From a candidate division FCPU426 bacterium (GTDB lineage: Bacteria > Oederibacteriota > JAAXVQ01 > JAUVAV01), in NCBI GenBank assembly GCA_040756875.1, contig JBFLYH010000002.1, positions 735,078 through 799,077 on the forward strand: DNA of 64,000 nucleotides, read 5' to 3'. The notes under the pieces were generated by a model, which was not told the DNA's origin, did not search any database, and saw only the letters and a program-made list of their open reading frames with translations. Made by a program: the position numbers and the translations under genes. Positions 57,291 to 64,000 of this stretch are shown here, one piece after another. Positions within the stretch are counted from its first letter, which is position 1. Every line of letters starts with the position of its first letter.

Positions 57291-58796
57291 TCACGCCGGC
57301 CGCAGCCGTTCCAGGTCGGCCTGCACGGCTTTGGCTACGTTCTGTCCACAGAGAATCACCATGGGCATGCCGCCTCCCGGGTTGACCGAACCCCCGGTAA
57401 AATACAGATTGGCGTATTTAGGACTGCGTTTGGGCGCCTTCAGGGCGAAATTCTTCCAGCGGTCGGATACAACGCCATAAATGGAGCCCGCGTTGGAATA
57501 ATAATTTCTCTGGATATCGTATGGGGTCCACATGTCTTCCACCACAATGTGCTTCCGCAGGTCCTTGAGCCCCATGCGCTCCATTTTTTCCAGTACCCGG
57601 TCCCGCAAGGCTTGATAATCCGCGTCCGCGGTCGGATGTTCGGGGTTGAGATGAGGAATGTGAGGCAGGATCTTGATGTTATCGCAGCCGGCCGGGCACA
57701 CGGCCGGGTCCGTTCGGGACGGGGCCACTACGTAGAGCGTGGGGTCCGGTGGGATCTCCTTGTTTACGAATACTGTGTGGAAATGATGCTTTTGGTCCCT
57801 GGAATAGAAAAAGTTATGGTGCCCCAGTTGGGGATAGGGCCGGTCTGTGCCCAAGTGCAGGACCAGGCCGGAGCACGCGGGTTCGAACTTGTCCAGCTTC
57901 TTCAAGAACGCATGCGGTTCTTTGAGCAGGTCGCGGTAGGCGGGGATGACCTCCATGTTAGAGACCACGATATCCGCCTGACGGATCGTGTTGTCCGCCA
58001 GCACCACGCCCAGCACCTTTTTTCCCGACTGCTGCAAAGTCTTGACTTCGGAGCGCACATGGAGCTCCACTCCCAAATCCTTGGCCAGGCGTTCCAGACC
58101 CCGCGCCAGGTTGTACATGCCGCCGCGCACGTACCATAGATCGTAGCGAAATTGGATGATGGGCATGAGGTTCATGAATCCCGGGCTATGGTACGCTGAA
58201 GAGCCTACATACTTAATGAAATAATCGAAGATGTCTATGAAATAACGGTTCTTGATCCGCTTGGCTACACCGCCATGCATGCTGTGCCAGTAATCCATGC
58301 GCAGCAACTCCGCAAGACTGTAACCCGCATTAAAATCGCTGACTGTATCCAGACCTTTCTCGAAATAGCCGTTAGCGATCAGATCGTATTGCTTCGCTGC
58401 GTAGGACAGGAAGTCGAAGACCTGCTTGACCAGGCGCTCGCCGCCGACTTTGCGGACTTCGGCCTTCATCTTTTCCGGGTCCATATACAGATCAATAACT
58501 TTCCCGTCCTCGAAAAAATTCCGCCAGTGCGGGGTCACGGCCTGCAGCTGGACATAGTCCTCCATCTTTTTTCCGGCGTTGTCCCACAGGCGCCGGAAAT
58601 AATGCGGCAAAGTGAAAATGGACGGCCCCATGTCGAATGAATATCCCTGACGTTGAAGCAGATTGAGCTTGCCCCCGACCTTTTCGTTCTTTTCGTGGAT
58701 CTCCACCCGGTGCCCCAGGGTGGCCAGGGAAATGGCCGCCGACAAGCCTCCTAGCCCGGCGCCGATGACGATGATACTCTGTTTGGGAACGTTCAT
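57291..58796 (-). CDS. crtP: Diapolycopene/diaponeurosporene oxygenase (CrtP/CrtNb type)
   Basis: IGAGLGG, FDMGPSIFTLP, GYFEKGLDT, YFIKYVGSS, GGSVNPGGGMPMV resemble staphylococcal CrtP as I recall it. Confidence 0.85.
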   Translation of the reverse strand: MNVPKQSIIVIGAGLGGLSAAISLATLGHRVEIHEKNEKVGGKLNLLQRQGYSFDMGPSIFTLPHYFRRLWDNAGKKMEDYVQLQAVTPHWRNFFEDGKVIDLYMDPEKMKAEVRKVGGERLVKQVFDFLSYAAKQYDLIANGYFEKGLDTVSDFNAGYSLAELLRMDYWHSMHGGVAKRIKNRYFIDIFDYFIKYVGSSAYHSPGFMNLMPIIQFRYDLWYVRGGMYNLARGLERLAKDLGVELHVRSEVKTLQQSGKKVLGVVLADNTIRQADIVVSNMEVIPAYRDLLKEPHAFLKKLDKFEPACSGLVLHLGTDRPYPQLGHHNFFYSRDQKHHFHTVFVNKEIPPDPTLYVVAPSRTDPAVCPAGCDNIKILPHIPHLNPEHPTADADYQALRDRVLEKMERMGLKDLRKHIVVEDMWTPYDIQRNYYSNAGSIYGVVSDRWKNFALKAPKRSPKYANLYFTGGSVNPGGGMPMVILCGQNVAKAVQADLERLRPA

Positions 58797-58798
58797 GG

Positions 58799-59626
58799 CT
58801 ATTCCTCCTGGGATGATTCTCCCTGCCGGCTGATGCGGTCCAGGCCTTCTTGCGCACGCTGGTCCTGCGGATTAGCCATCAAGGATTTCTGGTAATACCG
58901 GTAGGCCTGCTGCCATTCGCCTTGCTTGGCATATACGTCGCCGATAAAACTCAGGCAGGTGCTGTATCCCCACGCCGGGTCTAGGGGCGGATGTTTCTTG
59001 CCGGCCTCAGCCTCGAAAAGTTCCTCGGCTTTTAAAAAATGGGCCAAAGCCTGCTTGGCACCGCCGCCGAAGATCTCCGGGGACATCCACAAGCTCACGC
59101 CTGTCAGATAATGCACCCGAGGATTATCGGGGTTGAGATTAAGCGCCTGGTCGCGGTCCGACTGCACGCCCGGGCCGTGGCTGAACACGGCCCAGGTGTT
59201 GAGCTTGATCTTCATGCCCCGCAGCACCCCACGCAGGGCGAAACTCTCGGAGTATGCCGGGTTCCGTTCAATTGCCCGGGTCAGTACCCGGATGCCTTCG
59301 TCCACCGTGCTTTCACCCTGGTGCTGGTTACGGTCCTGCTCGCGGGCGTGCAGATAATAACTGGCCAAATAGAAAAGGGCCGCGCCCTGCCAGTAATCAG
59401 TCAAATAATTACCCGGTTCGGCTTCTTCGGCGCGCTTGAAAACTTCCACCGCCTCTTGAAACGCGCCTGCCTGCCAAAGGTTATAGGCCTGGTCCATTTT
59501 TTGGATGCCGTCTAAAAGCAGGGCCTGGGCAGTGGGAGTGTTGGCATGGGCAGGCAGGGAAAACCCAATCGGCAGGGAAGCGACCAAAAAAACTCGTCCC
59601 AGGCAGATTGCCCATTTTCCCGGCAT
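58799..59626 (-). CDS. Exported TPR-repeat protein
   Basis: Signal peptide, helical repeats AIERNP, ALNLNPDNPR, SLMANP, and a PAWG motif. Confidence 0.75.
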   Translation of the reverse strand: MPGKWAICLGRVFLVASLPIGFSLPAHANTPTAQALLLDGIQKMDQAYNLWQAGAFQEAVEVFKRAEEAEPGNYLTDYWQGAALFYLASYYLHAREQDRNQHQGESTVDEGIRVLTRAIERNPAYSESFALRGVLRGMKIKLNTWAVFSHGPGVQSDRDQALNLNPDNPRVHYLTGVSLWMSPEIFGGGAKQALAHFLKAEELFEAEAGKKHPPLDPAWGYSTCLSFIGDVYAKQGEWQQAYRYYQKSLMANPQDQRAQEGLDRISRQGESSQEE

Positions 59627-59709
59627 TCGCAGACCTCGCCTCTGGGGTTTGGACCGAGAGATAATCATAACATAATTCTATGTTTTGGCTATAATAAGGC
59701 ATTTGCGGG

Positions 59710-61101
59710 ATGACAGGTGCCTCGGTGAACCCAGCAGAAATTTATTCTCGGCAACATACTTTTTTCCGCACCGGTCGAACCTGGCCAGTCGCTTTTCGGC
59801 GTGAGCATCTTGTTCGCCTCGGCCGCGCCTTGATTGCGCACGAACCGGAGCTGTTGGCCGCTTTGCATCACGATCTGGGCAAATCCGAGATCGAGGCTTT
59901 CGCCTCGGAGCTCGGATTGGTGGCTCGGGAGGTCTCCCTGGCCATCAAGCGTCTGCCGGCCTGGATCAAACCCATCCGCAAACCCACGCCGTGGCTCAAC
60001 TGGCCAGCCAAATCCTTTCAACTGCCAGAGCCTCGCGGCGTCGTGCTGATTATGGGCCCCTGGAATTACCCGGTCCAATTGCTTCTGCTGCCCCTGGTCG
60101 GCGCGCTGGCCGCAGGCTGCTGCGCCGTAGTCAAACCCTCTGAATTTACTCCAGCTGCTTCCGAAGTATTACAACGCCTGATCCGGGATATTTACCCGCC
60201 GGAATATTGTCAAGTCGTGACTGGCACGGGCCAGGAAGCGGCCGCGCTCCTTGACCTTCCTTGGGACCATATCTTCTTCACAGGCAGCACCCGAGTCGGC
60301 CGTCTGGTCATGCAAGCCGCAGCCAAACACCTGACTTCGATCACTTTGGAGTTGGGTGGTAAAAATCCCTGCATCGTCCTGGCCGACACTCCTCTCGAGA
60401 TCGCAGCCGAGCGGATCGCCTGGGGTAAATTCCTGAACGCCGGCCAGACCTGCGGAGCGCCGGACCACTGCTACATCCAACGCCAGGTCCTGGGGCCCTT
60501 CACGGAAGCGCTCAAACGGGTACTTACCCGGTTCTACGGGGCCGATCCCCGCCAGAGCCCGGATTTTGGCCGCATTGTGAATATCGCTCACTTTGACCGT
60601 TTGTTGGGCTATCTCTCCCAGGGCAGGGTCCTGGCCGGCGGTCAGGTTGACCGCGGGTCACGGTATGTGGCCCCCACACTGATGGCCGATGTGCCTGAAA
60701 ATGCACCCCTCATGCAGGAAGAAATCTTCGGCCCCATCCTCCCTCTCCTGCCGTTCGATGACCTCGACGCATTGCTCGGGATCCTGCGTGACCGTCCCAA
60801 CCCTCTGGCTGCCTATGTCTTTACCCGGGACGCGGCCAGCCAGATTAAAGCTTTGCAACACCTCCGTGCGGGCACCATGGCCCTGAATGACACCATGAGC
60901 CAAATCACCAGCTCGCATCTTCCCCTGGGCGGGGTGGGCGAAAGCGGACAGGGCCGTTATCACGGCCAGGCCAGCTTTGCTTGTTTTTCACATTATAAAA
61001 GCGTGTTGGCCAAAGGATACATCTGGAACAACCGCATGAAGTATCCGCCTTATACCGTTCCCTTGAAATGGTTAAAAAAATTTTATGCCTGGCTGATGTA
61101 A
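59710..61101 (+). CDS. aldH: Aldehyde dehydrogenase (AldH-like, carotenoid context)
   Basis: PWNYP, FFTGS, LELGGKNP, NAGQTC, EEIFGP. Confidence 0.88.
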   Translation: MTGASVNPAEIYSRQHTFFRTGRTWPVAFRREHLVRLGRALIAHEPELLAALHHDLGKSEIEAFASELGLVAREVSLAIKRLPAWIKPIRKPTPWLNWPAKSFQLPEPRGVVLIMGPWNYPVQLLLLPLVGALAAGCCAVVKPSEFTPAASEVLQRLIRDIYPPEYCQVVTGTGQEAAALLDLPWDHIFFTGSTRVGRLVMQAAAKHLTSITLELGGKNPCIVLADTPLEIAAERIAWGKFLNAGQTCGAPDHCYIQRQVLGPFTEALKRVLTRFYGADPRQSPDFGRIVNIAHFDRLLGYLSQGRVLAGGQVDRGSRYVAPTLMADVPENAPLMQEEIFGPILPLLPFDDLDALLGILRDRPNPLAAYVFTRDAASQIKALQHLRAGTMALNDTMSQITSSHLPLGGVGESGQGRYHGQASFACFSHYKSVLAKGYIWNNRMKYPPYTVPLKWLKKFYAWLM

Positions 61102-61126
61102 AGCCGCCTCGGGAGAATCACCGCCT

Positions 61127-61957
61127 ATGAAATTATGGCTATGGATTTTGCTGTCCTCTTACCCATTTCTCTGTCTTGGATATTTCCTTTTCCACCGGTT
61201 TTTCATCCTCCACCCCTCTCGCCGCCTTTCCGGCACTCCCGCCGCGTTAGGCTTGGACTATGAAGAAGTTTACTTTCCGGCCGCTGACCTGGTCCGGCTC
61301 CATGGCTGGTATTTGCCCGCTGTAGCTCAAGGGCTCCGGTTGGGGAGCCAGCGACCTGTGATGCTTTTTTTTCCTGGCAACGAAGGAACACTGTCTAAAT
61401 TCCTGGCACAGATGCGGCCCTGGCTGGCAAGCGGATTCGATGTGTTCATGTTCGGTTATCGAGGTTTTGGAAAAAGCGCCTTCCGCTGGCCCACCGAACA
61501 TGGCGTGCGCCTGGATGCGCTGGGCGCCTGGACTTACCTAATCCGCGGCCGGCGTTTGCAGCCTGGCCAGATTATTTTTTATGCCCAATCTTTAGGCTGT
61601 GGAGTGGCCTCCTGGGCGGCGGCCGAATGCTCCCCGGCTGCCCTGATTCTGGAAGGCGGCTTCCCCTCGGTCAACGACCTTGCGTCTCGGGCGGTGCCCT
61701 GGTTGCCCGTCAAGTGGATTACGACTGACCGGTTCGACACTGCTACGCATCTCGGCCGCGTGGCTTGTCCCGTGCTGGTGGCTCACAGTACCGAGGACCG
61801 CCAGGTACCCTGGGCGTATGGACAGCGACTCCTGGTTGCTGCCCGCAGTCCTAAAACCTTTCTCTCTCTGCGGGGCGAACATGCCCGCGCATTGGAAAAC
61901 ATGCCGGACGAATTTATGGAGGCCGTTATTTCCTTTCTGAGCAGCCATGCCGCGTAG
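61127..61957 (+). CDS. Membrane-anchored alpha/beta hydrolase
   Basis: LHGWY, GYRGFGKS, nucleophile elbow AQSLG, HSTED, GEH. Confidence 0.85.
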   Translation: MKLWLWILLSSYPFLCLGYFLFHRFFILHPSRRLSGTPAALGLDYEEVYFPAADLVRLHGWYLPAVAQGLRLGSQRPVMLFFPGNEGTLSKFLAQMRPWLASGFDVFMFGYRGFGKSAFRWPTEHGVRLDALGAWTYLIRGRRLQPGQIIFYAQSLGCGVASWAAAECSPAALILEGGFPSVNDLASRAVPWLPVKWITTDRFDTATHLGRVACPVLVAHSTEDRQVPWAYGQRLLVAARSPKTFLSLRGEHARALENMPDEFMEAVISFLSSHAA

Positions 61958-62043
61958 GAACTGCCTGCTTTACGCTGCAATGATTCCTTGTTATGATAAA
62001 CGCCTCAGATGGACATCTCGCCCGCAGGAGGGGTCCAGATCCC

Positions 62044-63564
62044 ATGCCGGATAAAAAACGGATTGCCATCGTCGGTGCCGGACCGGGCGGTCTGACCAGC
62101 GCCATGCTGCTCGCCGCCCGCGGTTTTGACGTGACTGTATTCGAACAAAAAGACCGTGTGGGCGGACGCAACAGTTCCATCCGACTGGGCCAGTTTATTT
62201 TCGACGTTGGCCCGACGTTCCTGATGTTGAAACAGATCCTCGACGAAGTCTTCGAGGAAGCCAACCGCAAGAGCTTTGATTATTTGGAGTTCAAGCAGCT
62301 CGAACCCATGTACCGGCTGCAGTATCCGGACTTCGTGATCGAGCCCACGACGGACCGGCAAAAAATGCGCGAACAGCTGGAGGGCGCTTTCCCCGGCATT
62401 CAAGCTAACGCCGGCCTGGATCGCTATTACCGCGTGGAAAAACGCCGTTTCGATCTGATGTACCCCTGTCTGCAGAAAGATTATGCCAGCCTGGGAACTA
62501 TGTTTCATCGGGACCTGCGGCGCGCCCTGCCGCATTTATCCCTGGGGCGCAGTCTGATGGGTGTTTTAGGGGATTATTTCAAGCCTGAGTTGGCCCGGCT
62601 GGCATTCACCTTTCAGGCCAAGTATTTAGGCATGTCGCCCTGGGATTGTCCGGGTTTATTCGGGCTGCTGTCGTACATTGAGCACGCCTTCGGTATTTTC
62701 CACGTCACCGGTGGTTTAAGCGAAATCTCGCTGGCCATGGCCAAGGTGGTTCAAGAACACGGAGGCGTCATCCGCCTGAACACGCCGGTCAAGCAGCTGC
62801 TCCTGGACGGGCGTACCGTCCGGGGTGTGGAGCTGGTCTCCGGAGAAAAAGTCCCGGCGGATGACGTGATCATCAACGCGGACTTCGCCCACGCCATGAC
62901 GCACCTGGTCCCTGCCGGCGCCTTGCGCAAATGGACGCCTTCCGCCGTACAGCGGAAAAGGTTTTCTTGCTCCACCTTTATGCTTTATCTGGGGGTGGAT
63001 AAAATCTATGACCTGCCTCACCATACCATCGTATTCGCGAAAAGCTATCGGCAGAATGTCGAAGATATCTTCAAAAACAAGCGCCTGTCCCGGGATGTGT
63101 CCATTTATATCCGAAACGCGTGTGTGAACGATCCCAAAATCGCTCCGAAAGGAAAATCCGCGGTTTATATCCTGGTGCCGGTCGCCAATCAAACCAGCGG
63201 CATTGATTGGGCCCAGGAAAAGACCGCTTTCCGAAAGCTGGTGCTCGACACCATCCAGAGCAAGACCATCATGAACGATCTGGAAAAGCACATCGAGGTG
63301 GAGAAGATGATTACCCCGGTGGACTGGGTGAGCGAATACAGCGTGTACAACGGGGCGACGTTCAATTTAGGGCACAATTTGACGCAGATGCTCTATTTGC
63401 GGCCGCGCAACCGCTTCGAGGAGTTCAAGCATTGCTATCTGGTGGGCGGCGGAACGCATCCGGGCAGCGGACTGCCGACCATTTATGAATCCGGGCGCAT
63501 TTCAGCCAATCTGATTTCAAAATATTACGGTGTGCCCTTTTCTTCTAAAAATCTACATGTGTGA
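62044..63564 (+). CDS. crtN: Diapophytoene desaturase (CrtN type)
   Basis: VGAGPGG, FDVGPTFLM, FQAKYLGMSPWDCP, INADFAHAMTHLV, GGGTHPGSGLPTIYES; AGGAGG RBS. Confidence 0.87.
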   Translation: MPDKKRIAIVGAGPGGLTSAMLLAARGFDVTVFEQKDRVGGRNSSIRLGQFIFDVGPTFLMLKQILDEVFEEANRKSFDYLEFKQLEPMYRLQYPDFVIEPTTDRQKMREQLEGAFPGIQANAGLDRYYRVEKRRFDLMYPCLQKDYASLGTMFHRDLRRALPHLSLGRSLMGVLGDYFKPELARLAFTFQAKYLGMSPWDCPGLFGLLSYIEHAFGIFHVTGGLSEISLAMAKVVQEHGGVIRLNTPVKQLLLDGRTVRGVELVSGEKVPADDVIINADFAHAMTHLVPAGALRKWTPSAVQRKRFSCSTFMLYLGVDKIYDLPHHTIVFAKSYRQNVEDIFKNKRLSRDVSIYIRNACVNDPKIAPKGKSAVYILVPVANQTSGIDWAQEKTAFRKLVLDTIQSKTIMNDLEKHIEVEKMITPVDWVSEYSVYNGATFNLGHNLTQMLYLRPRNRFEEFKHCYLVGGGTHPGSGLPTIYESGRISANLISKYYGVPFSSKNLHV

Positions 63565-64000
63565 GCGTGCGCCCGTCCCCTTCGGCCCCATTCCTGACCG
63601 CCGCCTGGCGGTTTTGCGTTTTGGCGTTGTTTCCATCGGGACTGCCGGTCCGGCGGCTATCTCGGCCGCTTCGCGGCTTTTTAACCGCAAACCGGCTTTT
63701 ACATCCTGACCCACTGCATACAGCGTAGGCACCCACAGAAGCGTCAAAACCGTGGCCAACGCGATGCCCCACAACATGGCCATGACCATGGGCACGACAA
63801 AGGGGTCCTTGCCGCCCAGGCCGTAGGCCGTGGGGATCAGGGCCACAACCGTGGTCAGCGAGGTCAGCAACACGGGTCGCAACCGGGTTTGGGTCGCGTC
63901 CAGAATGGTGTCCGAGGAGATCCGCCCAGCCTCGCCCCGTTCCCGGGCCAGGTGATTGATAAAACTGAGAATAATCAGGGAATCATTCACCACCACGCCG
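63553..64000 (-). CDS. RND (AcrB-family) transporter, C-terminal end; begins outside the window
   Basis: GVVVNDS...RLRPVLLTSLTTVVALIP...TLLWVPTLY. Confidence 0.88.
   Translation of the reverse strand, partial: GVVVNDSLIILSFINHLARERGEAGRISSDTILDATQTRLRPVLLTSLTTVVALIPTAYGLGGKDPFVVPMVMAMLWGIALATVLTLLWVPTLYAVGQDVKAGLRLKSREAAEIAAGPAVPMETTPKRKTARRRSGMGPKGTGARSHM

Overview
A GC-rich bacterial window with no rRNA, tRNA, CRISPR array or transposase that I can support. The left 17 kb is a minus-strand cell-envelope block. It starts with a UbiA-type polyprenyl-phosphate phosphoribosyltransferase, a 1543-aa double GT-C (PMT_2-like + DUF2298) protein and a DUF3467 protein. An unusual cluster follows: nfeD - stomatin - ACP - ketosynthase - catalytically dead ketosynthase (CLF-like) - three tandem divergent apolipoprotein N-acyltransferase (Lnt) paralogues - a second active ketosynthase running off the left edge. 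Both halves of this cluster sit behind a near-identical ~38-bp promoter-like sequence, and it is the best candidate here for an undescribed system (dedicated acyl-chain synthesis plus Lnt-type transfer). The rest of the window holds three large secreted Thr/Pro-linker proteins sharing a T9SS-like C-terminal domain, a PorV-like gene and mscL. It also has a thiol-redox block with ptsI, a cold-shock gene, a TetR-TolC-HlyD-ABC exporter with a double operator, typA and an ABC-F gene. At the right end are nrdJ with tandem NrdR boxes, a GGDEF protein with an in-frame palindromic insertion next to a PilZ gene, and a C30-carotenoid cluster (crtN, crtP, aldH, crtQ-like). All family calls come from motif recognition by eye; no database searches were run.
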